DNA of 64,000 bases from an uncultured Acidobacteriota bacterium (GCA_963809485.1 CAWEJX010000001.1:1-64000); one strand, 5' to 3'; positions 52,189 through 63,530 are shown, numbered from the stretch's first letter. Numbers and translations: made by a program. The notes: generated from the letters alone by a model not told the origin.

Positions 52189-53352
52189 TCAGCTTCCCGT
52201 AATCAGGCGGTTGCGTAAACGGCTTTCACGGGCCAGATCGATGGCGGTCCAGGCCATCGCCAGAGCGCCGTCCGCTACTGCCCTGTCGGCAGATTCCGTC
52301 ACGCAGCATTCGGTAAATTCCTTTTGATGATTCACGGCCGGCAGCGAGGCAATGCCGATCATTGGATGAATGGTGGGCACGCAGAGCGAGACATTTCCCA
52401 TGTCCGTGGATGCAACGACTTTGTGTTTCTCCTCTTCCGCGCCCGCGAAGGAGCGGCCCAGCAGCTCGGAATTGCGCTTGTAGAGCGCCGCGATATCCGG
52501 ATCGTGAACCAGTTCGGAGTAAGGCCTGTCGCCGCCTATGATTTCCAGTTTGGCTCCCGTAGCCATTGCCCCCGCCTCGAAACAGCGATAGACCCTGGGC
52601 CTGAGGTTTTCCAGGTCTGCCAGCGTCTGGCCGCGCACAATGTACCGGGCTGACGTGTGCGCAGGGATGACATTGGGGGCATCTCCGCCGTGCAGAATAA
52701 TCCCATGAATCCGGTCGGTCGCCCGGATGTGCTGTCGCAACAGCCCGATGGCCGTCTGGGCAACCGTCAGCGCATCGGCCGCGTTGATCCCCATCTCAGG
52801 AAAGGCTGAGGCATGGGCTTCCTTGCCGGTGTAGCGGATATCGAAGGTGGAAGCAGCTATGATCTGGGGGGTGAGGACATCGAAGGGTGAAGGGTGCACC
52901 ATCATGGCGGCGTGAATCCCCTCGAAAGCGCCGCGCTCAAGCAGCAAAATCTTCCCTCCCGCGTCTCCGCCCTCCTCGCCGGGCGTGCCGATCACCGTAA
53001 CGGTCAGACCGGCCTCATCAGCCACGCCGGACAAGGCGAGCCCGGCGCCGACAGCAGCGGCCGCGATGATATTGTGACCGCAGGCATGGCCGATCTCCGG
53101 CAGAGCATCGTATTCGGCGCACAGGGCGACATGGAGCGCTCCTTTGCCGATTCTGGCCGAAAAAGCCGTCGGCAGGCCGCACAGATTCGCTTTGATTTCG
53201 AATCCCGCATCGGCCAGCATGTCCGTAATCCAGGACGAAGCCTTTCTTTCCTCGAAGCCTGCTTCCGGATTCGCGTGAATCTTGTGGCTCAGATCCACGA
53301 GATTTGCCCGAACGGAGTTCAATTTTTTCTGTGCTTCGGCCCTGGCGTCCAT
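52189..53352 (-). CDS. M20-family amidohydrolase
   Basis: AEYDALP.IGHACGHN, GTPGEEGG, STDMGNVS. Confidence 0.93.
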   Translation of the reverse strand: MDARAEAQKKLNSVRANLVDLSHKIHANPEAGFEERKASSWITDMLADAGFEIKANLCGLPTAFSARIGKGALHVALCAEYDALPEIGHACGHNIIAAAAVGAGLALSGVADEAGLTVTVIGTPGEEGGDAGGKILLLERGAFEGIHAAMMVHPSPFDVLTPQIIAASTFDIRYTGKEAHASAFPEMGINAADALTVAQTAIGLLRQHIRATDRIHGIILHGGDAPNVIPAHTSARYIVRGQTLADLENLRPRVYRCFEAGAMATGAKLEIIGGDRPYSELVHDPDIAALYKRNSELLGRSFAGAEEEKHKVVASTDMGNVSLCVPTIHPMIGIASLPAVNHQKEFTECCVTESADRAVADGALAMAWTAIDLARESRLRNRLITGS

Positions 53353-53543
53353 GTTCTTTCTCCTTGTTTCGTCCGTAACATCCTATAATACCCTCAACCG
53401 GCATTTCTCACGAGCTTTCTGCAGCGCGGGGCCCGCCGCCGGACAAGGCACTGATTTTGCCGGTGCCCGATAAGATCCAGGAACTCCAAACACTCAAAGT
53501 TTTGGAGATGTTGTACTAGAATGATTTATTCGAGGATGCGATC

Positions 53544-54929
53544 ATGACGTTTTCATTGAAGAATCCAAACCCTGCGGCCACCTATCATGCTGCCTTCCGA
53601 TGCATCAACGGCTGTCCGGGAGAATACCCGCTCAACGAAGTCATATACCAGTGCCCCAAATGCCAGGATCTGCTCGAAGTGGTTCATGATCCCGTCCCGC
53701 TGCGCATGACCGCGCCGGATGAATGGAAGGACATCTTCGACAGCCGGTTCATGCGCACATTCTGGCCTTACGGCTCCGGTGTATGGGGGAAGAAAGAATT
53801 CGTCTGCCCCGACATCCTCGATGAAAACGTCGTATCCACCTGTGAGGGAGGAAGCAACCTGTTCTGGGCCGAACAGCTCGGTTACCGGTGGGGACTGAAA
53901 GACCTGTGGGTCAAGCAGTGCGGCAACAGCCACAGCGGATCTTTCAAGGACCTTGGGATGACAGTGCTCGTCAGCATGGTCAAACAGATGCGTCACGAAG
54001 GGAAGAACATCCCCGCGGTGGCGTGCGCTTCGACCGGCGACACTTCTGCCTCGCTGGCGGCTTATTGTGCCACCGCCGGGATTCCGGCCATCGTTTTCCT
54101 TCCCAAAAACAAGATTTCCAGTGCACAGCTGGTCCAGCCGCTGGCGCATGGCGCCATCACGCTGGCGATCGACACGGATTTCGACGGCTGTATGGAAATT
54201 GTCAAACAGATAACCAGCCGCAACAATATTTACCTGGCGAATTCCATGAACTCGCTGCGCATCGAGGGGCAGAAAACCATCAGCTTCGAGTTGTGCCAGC
54301 AGTTCGACTGGTCCGTACCCGATCTTATCGTAATTCCGGGCGGCAACCTTGGGAATGTGAGCGCACTCGGACAGGGATTCCTGCTGATGAAGGCCGCCGG
54401 ATTGATCGACCGCCTTCCGCGCATCGTCTGCGCCCAGGCGGAGAACGCCAATCCTTTGTATATGAGTTATCTTCGCGGCTTCGAGGAATTCGAACCGGTG
54501 CAGGCCAAGCCGACCCTCGCGAGCGCCATTCAGATCGGTCACCCCGTAAGCGTAAAAAAAGCGATCCGGGTCCTGAAACAGTTCAGCGGGGCGGTTGAAC
54601 AGGCGACCGAGGAGGAACTGGCGGAGGCGGCCGCCGAGGCCGATTTAACCGGTTTGTACAATTGCCCGCATACGGGGGTGGCACTGGCCGCGCTGAAGAA
54701 GATGGTCCGGCGCGGTGAAGTCCAGCCGGAGCAGCGTGTGGTGGTCATCTCAACGGCGCATGGCCTGAAATTTACCAGTTTCAAGACCCGGTACCACGAA
54801 TCCCAATACCAGGGGATGCAGTGCCGCTTCGCCAATCCCCCGATTGAAGTGCCCGCACGGTACGATCAGGTCAGGGATGCACTTTTCCGCAGCCTGGAGG
54901 CCCGCAATGCCCAGTTTTCGAAGTCCTGA
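53544..54929 (+). CDS. thrC: threonine synthase
   Basis: SGSFKDLGM (PLP lysine), [28 protein letters not shown]. Confidence 0.95.
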   Translation: MTFSLKNPNPAATYHAAFRCINGCPGEYPLNEVIYQCPKCQDLLEVVHDPVPLRMTAPDEWKDIFDSRFMRTFWPYGSGVWGKKEFVCPDILDENVVSTCEGGSNLFWAEQLGYRWGLKDLWVKQCGNSHSGSFKDLGMTVLVSMVKQMRHEGKNIPAVACASTGDTSASLAAYCATAGIPAIVFLPKNKISSAQLVQPLAHGAITLAIDTDFDGCMEIVKQITSRNNIYLANSMNSLRIEGQKTISFELCQQFDWSVPDLIVIPGGNLGNVSALGQGFLLMKAAGLIDRLPRIVCAQAENANPLYMSYLRGFEEFEPVQAKPTLASAIQIGHPVSVKKAIRVLKQFSGAVEQATEEELAEAAAEADLTGLYNCPHTGVALAALKKMVRRGEVQPEQRVVVISTAHGLKFTSFKTRYHESQYQGMQCRFANPPIEVPARYDQVRDALFRSLEARNAQFSKS

Positions 54930-55000
54930 AATGGCGCGAATGATAGGCCCGGGCGCGTGAACTGCCGCAATCCGGGACACAGGTCTCAGGAGAAACTAAA

Positions 55001-56077
55001 ATGCTAGTGATGATGAAATCGCACGCGACATCCGAAGAAATAGATGCCGTCTGCCGCAAAATAGAATCCCTGGGCTACAAAGCCCATCCAATCCCGGGAA
55101 TCACGCGTACCGCAATCGGCATCACCGGCAACCAGGGCCCCATCGAAGCCTCGTTGCTCGAATCTCTTCCAGGCGTGGGAGAATGCGTTCCGGTTTCCAA
55201 GCCCTACAAACTCGTCGGGCGGGAACTCAAAGAAGAAACGACCGTGATCGATCTTGGCGACGGCGTGTTAATCGGCGGAACGGAACTGGCGATCATTGCC
55301 GGCCCCTGTGCCGTGGAAAACCGCGACCAGGCTCGAACAATAGCAGCGAGGGTCTCGGCATCGGGGGCGCGTCTGTTCCGAGGCGGAGCATTCAAGCCGC
55401 GAACCTCGCCCTACAGTTTTCAGGGGCTGGCGGAGGAGGGGCTCGAGATTCTGGCCGAGGTCGGCAGGGACTTCGGCTTGAAAATTGTCACCGAGGCCAT
55501 AGATGTCGAAAGCGTCGAACTGGTGGAACGCTCGGCCGATATCATTCAGATTGGCGCTCGCAACATGCAGAATTTTTCGCTTCTGAGGCGGGTGGGCAAA
55601 TCGTATCGGCCGGTGCTCCTGAAGCGAGGTATCTCGGCAACCCTGGATGAACTTTTGATGGCTGCAGAATACATACTTTCAGAGGGGAACTATAGGGTGA
55701 TTCTGTGCGAGCGGGGAATCCGGACGTTCGCAGATCACACGCGCAATACATTAGATCTGAGCGTGATCCCGGCCGTACAGCGGCTGAGCCACCTGCCGAT
55801 TATCGTCGATCCCAGCCATGGCACCGGGCGCCGGGAAAAGGTCATTCCGCTTTCCCGCGCAGCGATCGCAGTAGGCGCAGATGGATTGATAGTCGAGGTT
55901 CACCACCAGCCGGAGTTGGCCCTCTCGGACGGGAACCAATCCATACATCCATCCGAGTTCAGCCAGTTGATGAATGAGATCCGCCAGATAGCCGGGGTGC
56001 TTGGCCGAACCGTCGCGCCGGGTCGCGATACACCCGTCCAGGACGATCCGCTAGCCAGGCATGGGCTGCGCCCTTGA
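55001..56077 (+). CDS. aroF: DAHP synthase type I-beta with N-terminal regulatory domain
   Basis: [39 protein letters not shown]. Confidence 0.95.
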   Translation: MLVMMKSHATSEEIDAVCRKIESLGYKAHPIPGITRTAIGITGNQGPIEASLLESLPGVGECVPVSKPYKLVGRELKEETTVIDLGDGVLIGGTELAIIAGPCAVENRDQARTIAARVSASGARLFRGGAFKPRTSPYSFQGLAEEGLEILAEVGRDFGLKIVTEAIDVESVELVERSADIIQIGARNMQNFSLLRRVGKSYRPVLLKRGISATLDELLMAAEYILSEGNYRVILCERGIRTFADHTRNTLDLSVIPAVQRLSHLPIIVDPSHGTGRREKVIPLSRAAIAVGADGLIVEVHHQPELALSDGNQSIHPSEFSQLMNEIRQIAGVLGRTVAPGRDTPVQDDPLARHGLRP

Positions 56078-56143
56078 CGCGAATGGAATTCTCGTAACAT
56101 CGGGAATGACGGTTTAATCCGAAGACAGGCACGGAGGCTAATC

Positions 56144-57043
56144 GTGCAAGTCGGCATAACAGGCTCGACCGGCCTCATCGGCTCCCAATTGAACTCCTAC
56201 CTGACCGGCAAGGGGCATCAGGTTCTCCGTATTACTCGCAAAACTCCGGCAGGCCCCGGCGAAATAAGCTGGGATCCGTCTTCAGGCAGACTGGATAGCG
56301 CGGCGCTTGAAGGCGTCGATGCGGTATTCCATCTGGCAGGCGAAAACATCGCGAGCGGCAGGTGGACATCCGAAAGGAAGCGCCGCATTCGCGAGAGCCG
56401 CATTCAGGGAACCCGCTTGCTCGCCCAGGCACTGGCACATCTTCCCGATCCGCCCAAAGTGCTGGTCAGCGTTTCCGCCGTCGGCTACTACGGAGACCGA
56501 GGGGACGCGCAGCTGGCGGAAGATAGCGGGCCGGGCACAGGATTTTTGGCGGATTTGTGCCGCGAGTGGGAAAGCGCCACGGAACCTGCATCCCGGAGAG
56601 GAATCCGCGTGGTCATGCCCCGGCTCGGAACGGTATTGAGTCCGGCGGGAGGAGCCCTTGCCCTGATGCTGCCTGTTTTCCGGCTTGGGATTGGAGGCCG
56701 AATCGGCAGCGGAAGTCAATTCATGAGCTGGATCGCCATGGAGGACCTTCTGGGAGTTTTGTATCATTCGATCGATAGCGAATCGCTGCGGGGTCCCGTC
56801 AATGCCGTCTCGCCCAATCCGGTCACAAACCTGGTGCTATCCAAAACGCTGGGACGCGTGCTCTCGCGGCCCGTAATCTTTGCGCTGCCGGCTTTTGCGG
56901 CGCGCATTATATTTGGAGAAATGGCCGATGAGGCGCTTCTCGCAAGCGCCAGGGTGTCGCCGGTGAAGCTCATTGCTTCGGGTTTTCAGTTCGGGTATCC
57001 CGAACTGGAACCTGCCCTGCGACGGGCATTAAAAGGGCCGTAA
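56144..57043 (+). CDS. NAD-dependent epimerase-like protein (YfcH/TIGR01777 type)
   Basis: ITGSTGLIG, HLAGENI..RW, SAVGYYG, GSGSQFMSWI. Confidence 0.92.
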   Translation: MQVGITGSTGLIGSQLNSYLTGKGHQVLRITRKTPAGPGEISWDPSSGRLDSAALEGVDAVFHLAGENIASGRWTSERKRRIRESRIQGTRLLAQALAHLPDPPKVLVSVSAVGYYGDRGDAQLAEDSGPGTGFLADLCREWESATEPASRRGIRVVMPRLGTVLSPAGGALALMLPVFRLGIGGRIGSGSQFMSWIAMEDLLGVLYHSIDSESLRGPVNAVSPNPVTNLVLSKTLGRVLSRPVIFALPAFAARIIFGEMADEALLASARVSPVKLIASGFQFGYPELEPALRRALKGP

Positions 57044-57073
57044 GGCGGCATATCTTCGTGCAGGGCACGAAGC

Positions 57074-57742
57074 TTGGCCCGGCAATGCGAAATGCGCACA
57101 GGATTACGCGTAAAAACATCAATCCCCAATGCAAGTCTTCTTTTTGACCCGGAGGGCCTCGGTCTTGAAGAGTATCCACGGGAGTTCTTCCGCCGTGATA
57201 CCGTGAACGTAGCCCGCGAGATCATCGGTGCGTGGTTTGCCCGGCGATACCGCGGCCGCTGGTACGGTGGACGCATTGTTGAAACCGAGGCTTATCTGGG
57301 CAGCTCCGATGCTGCCGCACACACATGGCGCGGGCGACGTACCCCCCGGGTTGAACCGATGTACCTGGACGGCGGGCACCTTTACGTCTTTTTGGTATAC
57401 GGGATGCATTATTGCGCCAATATCGTCACGCAACCGGCCGGTGTCGCTGAAGCAGTCCTGCTGAGGGCAGCCGAGGGGCCGGCGGGAACCCCTTCCAGGC
57501 TTATGAGCGGGCCCGGCAAGCTCTGTGCCGCTCTGGGTATTACCGCGGTCTCGAGCGGCGAGGACCTGTTGTCGAACGGCGGTCTGCGTCTATTCCATGT
57601 CGATGGAAGCCGGACCGATATCGGGGTATCCAGGCGTATCGGCGTGGATTATGCAGGGGACGCGGCACACTGGCCGCTGCGCTTTTTCGACAGGCGTTCA
57701 CCGGCAATTTCCGGATCATCCCGGCTTAAATCAAGCCTTTAG
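57074..57742 (+). CDS. 3-methyladenine DNA glycosylase (MPG family; start uncertain)
   Basis: GRIVETEAY, YVFLVYGMH, AVLLRA, GPGKLC.ALGI, RIGV. Confidence 0.93.
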   Translation: MARQCEMRTGLRVKTSIPNASLLFDPEGLGLEEYPREFFRRDTVNVAREIIGAWFARRYRGRWYGGRIVETEAYLGSSDAAAHTWRGRRTPRVEPMYLDGGHLYVFLVYGMHYCANIVTQPAGVAEAVLLRAAEGPAGTPSRLMSGPGKLCAALGITAVSSGEDLLSNGGLRLFHVDGSRTDIGVSRRIGVDYAGDAAHWPLRFFDRRSPAISGSSRLKSSL

Positions 57743-57777
57743 CTCCAGGCTTCGAAATCGGCATCGAGGCCGGGGGT

Positions 57778-58221
57778 TCAAATTTTGTAGCCTTTGCCCC
57801 CGGCTTTTTCGAAAATGGACTCGAGTTCCTCGATCAAGTCCGGTGCACTGCGGAAGCCCATAATGCGGTCCACTTCCTCTCCGGATGAATCGAGAATTAT
57901 GATAGTGGGATATCCATCGACATTGAACCCATTCACCAGGCGGTCTCCCTGGGAATCCGTGTCCGTAAACACTCTTACGAACACCTGCTTGCGGGAAAGT
58001 TCGATAAATTTCTGATCGGAATAGACCTCACGGGTCATTCTTCGGCAGTGCGGTCACCAGCTTGCAGACAAGTCCAGCACGATGAACTTCTTTTCCCTCT
58101 CCGCCTGCTTCAATGCGGCATTGAAGTCTTTTACCCAGGCAACCTGTGCAAGTGAGACTACGGGAGAAATAAGAAAAGCTGCCAAAACGATGCCGGGAAA
58201 AAATGCTTTTCGATAAGTCAT
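57778..58221 (-). CDS. secreted thioredoxin-like selenoprotein (UxxC)
   Basis: hand translation: signal peptide, W..DFNAALKQA..EKKFIVLD..ASW-TGA-PHC; TGA at 58054-58056 is in frame with ORF 57778-58038 (VDGYPTIIILD..G); 147 aa. Confidence 0.85.
58019..58040 (-). promoter_or_regulatory. candidate bacterial SECIS element
   Basis: GAAUGACC-CGUGA-GGUC-U-AUUC hairpin; loop starts 22 nt after the UGA, with G at loop position 2. Confidence 0.6.
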
Positions 58222-58393
58222 ATTTGGTTACAGACCCCTTTCCCAATAATCAGAGTAATCTATCGCGGAGGGATGCGGAAGCGCGATTCGATAAATACCG
58301 GTTCCCATCATCCCCAAAAATTCTGTTTCGCTCCGGATTGCTTCGCTTCAGCTCCTCCGCCTTCCGGATGTAAAAACCGGTTCCTGTCCGGCA

Positions 58394-61087
58394 TCAGAAA
58401 CCGCCAGGCAAGGGATGCAGCGGATCCGGTTTGTCGGGATCCAATCCAAGATCCCTGATGGCTCCGGCGACCTCTCGCGCCGGGATCCTCCCTTCCAAGG
58501 ACAGCGCCTGCAGGGCTGCAACGGCTATGCTTTCCGCATCCACTTCAAAAAAACGCCGCAACGACTCGCGCGTGTCGCTGCGGCCGAATCCATCGGTCCC
58601 CAGGGTGACATAGCGAGGACTTACCCAGGGCCGAATCAGGTCAGGCACCGTCTTAATGAAATCGGTGGCTGCGACTATGGGCCCCGGCACGCCTTTGAGG
58701 CACTCGACAACATAAGGCACGCGAGGATCCGATTCGGGATGCAGTCTGTTCCAACGGTCCGCCGATAAAGCTTCATCCCGCAGCTGCTGATAGCTCGTGG
58801 CGCTCCACACATCAGAGGAAATCCCGAATCGCTCAGCGAGAAGGTTTTGGGCCTGCAGGACACACTGCATGATCGAGCCGCTGCCGAACAGCTGCACATG
58901 ATGCTTCAGTTTTGCCGGAGCCCGACGGAAGAGATACAGGCCCTTTAAAATGCCCTCCTCCATATCTTCGGGCATCGGCGGATGCAAAATGTTTTCGTTG
59001 TACAGGGTGATGTAATAAAAAACATCCTCGCCTTTCCGGTACATGCGATGGAGCCCGTTCTTCACGATCATGGCCACTTCGTACGCAAAGGCCGGATCGT
59101 AGGAAACGACGTTCGGGATGACCGAAGCAAGGACATGACTGTGTCCGTCCTGGTGTTGCAGGCCCTCCCCGTTCAGAGTGGTTCTGCCCGCCGTCGCTCC
59201 CATGGCGAATCCGCGTCCCCGCGCGTCTCCAAAAGCCCAGAAGAGATCGCCCGTGCGCTGAAATCCGAACATCGAATAGAAGAGGTAGAAAGGGATTGCG
59301 AATTCCCCGTGGGTGGCATAAGTAGTCCCCGCTGCTGTGAAGCTGGCTGTGCTGCCGGCTTCCGTGATCCCTTCTTCCAGAATCTGACCTTCCTTCGATT
59401 CGTGGTACGTAAGGAGCATGCCGGCGTCCACCGATTCATAGAGCTGGCCCACGGAAGAATAGATCCCGAATTCGCGGAACATGGAGTCCATTCCAAAAGT
59501 TCTGGCTTCATCCGGAATAATGGGCACGATGCGCCGGCCGATCTCCTTGTCGCGCATCAACTGCCGTAGCAGGCGGACGAATGCCATGGTCGTCGAAACT
59601 TCGCGGCTTTTCCCGGTCCCGGACTTGAATTCGTCGTACAGATCGGGCTGGGGTAATTCGAGCGGCTTGCTGCGCACGATGCGCCGGGGCAGGAATCCAC
59701 CCAGCGAGCGCCGCCGCTCCAGAAGATACCGGACCTCCGGGCTTCCGGCACCCGGATGATAGTAGGGAGCAGATTCCAACTGATTATCGGCAATAGGCAG
59801 TTCGAGCAGGTTGCGAAAATCGCGCAGTTGATCCAGATTCATCTTCTTCAGCTGATGAGCGACGTTTTTGCCAAGAAATCCCTCGCCCAGAGCCCAGCCT
59901 TTTACGGTTTTGGCCAGAATGACTGTCGGCGAGCCTTTGTGATCCGTGGCCAGCTTGTAAGCGGCGTAAAGCTTTCTATAATCGTGTCCGCCTCGCCGCA
60001 AGGTCTGCAAATCCTTATCGCTGAGATGCTCCACCATCCTGCGCAGCCGGGGATCCGGCCCGAAAAAATGCTCGCGAATATAATCTCCTTTGGCTGTCGC
60101 ATACTTCTGGTAGGCGCCGTCCACCGTTTCGTTCATTTTTTCCAGAAGCACTCCGTCCACATCCCTGCTGATCAGAGAGTCCCATTCCCGTCCCCAAATG
60201 ACCTTGATGACGTTCCATCCCGCGCCGCGAAAGACCATTTCCAGTTCCTGGATAATCTTGCCATTGCCTCGCACAGGCCCATCCAGCCTCTGAAGATTGC
60301 AGTTCACAACGAAAACGAGATTGTCCAGCCGTTCCCGCGAGGCTAGAAAAAGGGCACCCAGAGTTTCCGGTTCATCACACTCTCCATCACCGAGGAAGCA
60401 CCATACCCGTGAGTTTTCCGTGTTGGCGATCTTGCGCGCCTGGAGATAACGATTGAATCGAGCCTGATAAATTGCGGTGAGAGGCCCGAGCCCCATGGAA
60501 ACGGTTGGGAATTCCCAGAAGTCGGGCATCAGTCGAGGATGCGGATAGGAAGACAGCCCCGAGCCCGCGACCGATTCCCGGCGGAAACCATCCAGTTGAG
60601 CCTCGGTTATGCGTCCCTCTAGAAAAGCTCTCGCATAGATGCCGGGCGACGCGTGTCCCTGAAAGTAAATCTGGTCCCCCGATGTCCCGTCGTCTTTGCC
60701 TCGGAAGAAATGATTAAATCCGATTTCATAAAGAGAGGCTGATGAAGCATAGGTTGAGATGTGGCCGCCGATACCGTCGACATGCTTGTTGGCCCTCGTA
60801 ACCATGGCCACAGCATTCCAGCGCACAATCCTCCGTATCCTCTTCTCCATTTGCTCGTCGCCCGGGAAAGGAGGTTCCTGCTCGGGAGAAATGGTGTTGA
60901 TGTAGGGAGTGCTGACAAGGTCCGGCACGTCAATGTCAAGCGCCCGAGCCCGTTGCAGCAATATGCGCAGCAGGGAACGCGCCCTGCCCATTCCCCGGTC
61001 GCGGACCACGGACTGCAGGGAATCGATCCATTCCTGTGTCTCGGCCGGATCTGCATCCGGTAACTGCTGGTTGGTATTCTTTAACAT
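58394..61087 (-). CDS. aceE: pyruvate dehydrogenase E1, homodimeric type
   Basis: DPAETQEW, YFQGHASPGIYARA, PTVSMGLG, GDGECDE..N, DEARTFG, GTDGFGRSD. Confidence 0.97.
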   Translation of the reverse strand: MLKNTNQQLPDADPAETQEWIDSLQSVVRDRGMGRARSLLRILLQRARALDIDVPDLVSTPYINTISPEQEPPFPGDEQMEKRIRRIVRWNAVAMVTRANKHVDGIGGHISTYASSASLYEIGFNHFFRGKDDGTSGDQIYFQGHASPGIYARAFLEGRITEAQLDGFRRESVAGSGLSSYPHPRLMPDFWEFPTVSMGLGPLTAIYQARFNRYLQARKIANTENSRVWCFLGDGECDEPETLGALFLASRERLDNLVFVVNCNLQRLDGPVRGNGKIIQELEMVFRGAGWNVIKVIWGREWDSLISRDVDGVLLEKMNETVDGAYQKYATAKGDYIREHFFGPDPRLRRMVEHLSDKDLQTLRRGGHDYRKLYAAYKLATDHKGSPTVILAKTVKGWALGEGFLGKNVAHQLKKMNLDQLRDFRNLLELPIADNQLESAPYYHPGAGSPEVRYLLERRRSLGGFLPRRIVRSKPLELPQPDLYDEFKSGTGKSREVSTTMAFVRLLRQLMRDKEIGRRIVPIIPDEARTFGMDSMFREFGIYSSVGQLYESVDAGMLLTYHESKEGQILEEGITEAGSTASFTAAGTTYATHGEFAIPFYLFYSMFGFQRTGDLFWAFGDARGRGFAMGATAGRTTLNGEGLQHQDGHSHVLASVIPNVVSYDPAFAYEVAMIVKNGLHRMYRKGEDVFYYITLYNENILHPPMPEDMEEGILKGLYLFRRAPAKLKHHVQLFGSGSIMQCVLQAQNLLAERFGISSDVWSATSYQQLRDEALSADRWNRLHPESDPRVPYVVECLKGVPGPIVAATDFIKTVPDLIRPWVSPRYVTLGTDGFGRSDTRESLRRFFEVDAESIAVAALQALSLEGRIPAREVAGAIRDLGLDPDKPDPLHPLPGGF

Positions 61088-61422
61088 GCTAACCGCCTTC
61101 TGTCCTTCAAAGTTATATGTTAGGGGAAAGCAGATCCGCTTCCAAGCTGAACCGAATCAACTTTGTACCCTCGCATATCTGAATCCGGGCATGCCCATTT
61201 CTGATTCCGAGGGATCGGAAGCCATGATTCAGGGAATATTTCCCCGATTCAACAATCAGGCTGTTTGATGATATCATACTAAGTGTTTTGATTATAACCA
61301 GATAGCGATTTGCAGGAGTTGGCATGGCGTTTGCAATAGTAGAAGGCCATAAAGACCTGACTAACGCTTACCTCATGCGGCGGAAGACAGGTAAGAATTC
61401 TTATGATGAATAAGGAGGAAAT

Positions 61423-62514
61423 ATGAGGAGACTTCAGAATAGCCGTTTGGTGCCTGCCCTGCTCGTCGCTTTGGTTCTTTCGCTGGCTGCTATCGGTTGG
61501 GCGCAGGGAGCCAATACCTCTGCGCAAAGCCTGGCTACGGCCGGCAACGTGCCGGTTGCGGCCGGCCAGAAGCTTGAAATCGAGGGGACTGTTCAGGATT
61601 TGCAGGGCGATATCCTGACCGTGCGCAGCCCCGGGGGCGGGACGTACAACGTGTCGTTGTCCGCTGACATCGAAATCAAGGAGAAGAAAAAGAATATATT
61701 CCGCGGAGCCAAAAAATACACCCGGAAGGATCTTATTCAGGGGCTCTATGTGGAAGTTAAGGGAGTGGGCGAAAGCTCCGGAACAATCGCTGCCAAGGAG
61801 GTCCGGCTGAGAAATGACGATTACCTAGTTGCGCAAACGATGGACACGCGGGTTGTGCCTGTGGAAAAAGAGCTGAAGGCAACCCAGAACCGTCTGAGTG
61901 AAACGGAACAGAACGCCCAGCGGCTTTCCGGCCAGATCCAGGAAGTATCGGCCATATCGAATGCCGCCCGTGATAACGCAAAAACAGCGCAGACTTCAGC
62001 GGATACCGCGATGGCTGCTGCGAATAATGCGCAATCTTCAGCCGACGGCGCGAAGGCCGGCGTCCAGACTACGAACGAACGAATCACGTCCCTGGACGAA
62101 TACAGCATAAAGAACATCACGACGGTGCACTTCAAAGCTGGCAGCGCTATCATTTCGCAGGAAGATCAAGCACAACTGGACGGAATCGCCGAACAGGCTA
62201 AAGCCGAAAAGGGATTCCTGATCGAGGTGGCCGGCTTCGCCTCGTCCGATGGCGATGTGGAGCAGAACCGCCGGTTGAGCCGTAAACGCGCCGATGCGGT
62301 GATTCAATTCCTGGCCGAAAACCACGGCATACCGCTCCGCCGGTTCGTTGTGCCCATGGGCTATGGAGAAAGCCAGCCCGTAGGGGACAACGATACGCGC
62401 GACGGCCGTAAAGAAAATCGCCGGGTCGAGGTACGCATCCTCGTGAGCAAAGGGCTGGTTTCGGCACCGGGCTCCACGAGCTCTGACACAACTGCGACCA
62501 ATCGGCAGCAGTAG
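61423..62514 (+). CDS. OmpA-domain protein with N-terminal OB-like and coiled-coil regions
   Basis: signal peptide; GFASSDG..N..LS..RA.AV, GYGE..P, NRRVEV. Confidence 0.9.
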   Translation: MRRLQNSRLVPALLVALVLSLAAIGWAQGANTSAQSLATAGNVPVAAGQKLEIEGTVQDLQGDILTVRSPGGGTYNVSLSADIEIKEKKKNIFRGAKKYTRKDLIQGLYVEVKGVGESSGTIAAKEVRLRNDDYLVAQTMDTRVVPVEKELKATQNRLSETEQNAQRLSGQIQEVSAISNAARDNAKTAQTSADTAMAAANNAQSSADGAKAGVQTTNERITSLDEYSIKNITTVHFKAGSAIISQEDQAQLDGIAEQAKAEKGFLIEVAGFASSDGDVEQNRRLSRKRADAVIQFLAENHGIPLRRFVVPMGYGESQPVGDNDTRDGRKENRRVEVRILVSKGLVSAPGSTSSDTTATNRQQ

Positions 62515-63530
62515 TGATATATCCCGGATCGGTCCACGGATATATGCGGATGACGGCATTGATCAAGCGAATATCTGCATACGCCTGTGGACTGATCCTT
62601 TTTTCAGGCATCCTCCAAAATCTGCAGGCTCAATGGAGCTCTGCACGGTCCTCCGGTGATTCTTCAGCTTTTGAGGTTCAGGTCCCCAACGTCATTCGCG
62701 TCAGCACAAATCTCGTGACGGTGCCCGTTTCCGTTACGGATGCGGCCGGTCACCCTGTGAGCAACCTCGTTCCGGGCGATTTCCGAATCGAGGAAGATGG
62801 GGATTTCGAAGTCCTTGCAAAGGTGGCTGAAGCGGGACAATCTCCTTTAAACCTTGCGCTGCTTTTTGATCTCTCCGGGAGCGTCAATCCCCGATTCGAA
62901 TTCGAGCAGCAGGCGGCCATCCGCTTTTTGGAAAAAGTTTGGAAGCCGGGAGACACCGTATCCATTGTATCATTCAGTGATCAGCCGCGGATACGCCTGC
63001 AAGCCTCAAACTCCCTGCCCGAAGCTCTGCGAAAATTGATGGGGCTTGAGCCCACCAAAAGCATGACGGCTTTCTTTGACACGGTTGTTTTATGCGCAAA
63101 TATGCTGCGCCAGTCGGCAACGCCGGAAACGCGTCAGTCTCAGATTGCCCTGTCGGACGGTGAGGATAACGGAAGCCGCTACAATCTCATGGAGGCGGCC
63201 ATGGAGGTGCAGCGTTCCGACACCATTTTCTATTCCATAAATCCGGCCGGGGCATCCGTCAGGCTGAATGAAATCAGCCGCAAAGGGCAGGGCAACCTTG
63301 AGTCCCTGGGGGCGGAAACGGGCGGCTCAGCCTTTGTATCCGACAAAGCCGGCGATCTCGATGATATTTTCAGCCGCATAGCCACAGAACTCCGGGCTCA
63401 ATACCTGCTGAGCTATTATTCCTCAAATTCCCGTCCGGACGGAAAATTCCGGCGCATCACCGTATCTCTCCCGAGAAAACCGGAACTTCGCGTCCGCGCC
63501 CGGCAGGGCTACTACGCCGTCCGCAAGTAA
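62514..63530 (+). CDS. VWA-domain protein (acidobacterial type; start uncertain)
   Basis: IRVSTNLV.VPVSVTD, MIDAS DLSGS, SDGED, ELRAQY..Y, DGKFRRI, RQGYYA. Confidence 0.9.
   Translation: MIYPGSVHGYMRMTALIKRISAYACGLILFSGILQNLQAQWSSARSSGDSSAFEVQVPNVIRVSTNLVTVPVSVTDAAGHPVSNLVPGDFRIEEDGDFEVLAKVAEAGQSPLNLALLFDLSGSVNPRFEFEQQAAIRFLEKVWKPGDTVSIVSFSDQPRIRLQASNSLPEALRKLMGLEPTKSMTAFFDTVVLCANMLRQSATPETRQSQIALSDGEDNGSRYNLMEAAMEVQRSDTIFYSINPAGASVRLNEISRKGQGNLESLGAETGGSAFVSDKAGDLDDIFSRIATELRAQYLLSYYSSNSRPDGKFRRITVSLPRKPELRVRARQGYYAVRK

Noticed and set aside
62533-62590. Imperfect inverted repeat CCACGGATATATGCGGAT / ATCTGCATACGCCTGTGG at the VWA gene start
   Set aside because: Weak pairing and overlap with a likely signal-peptide region; not enough support for a separate element.
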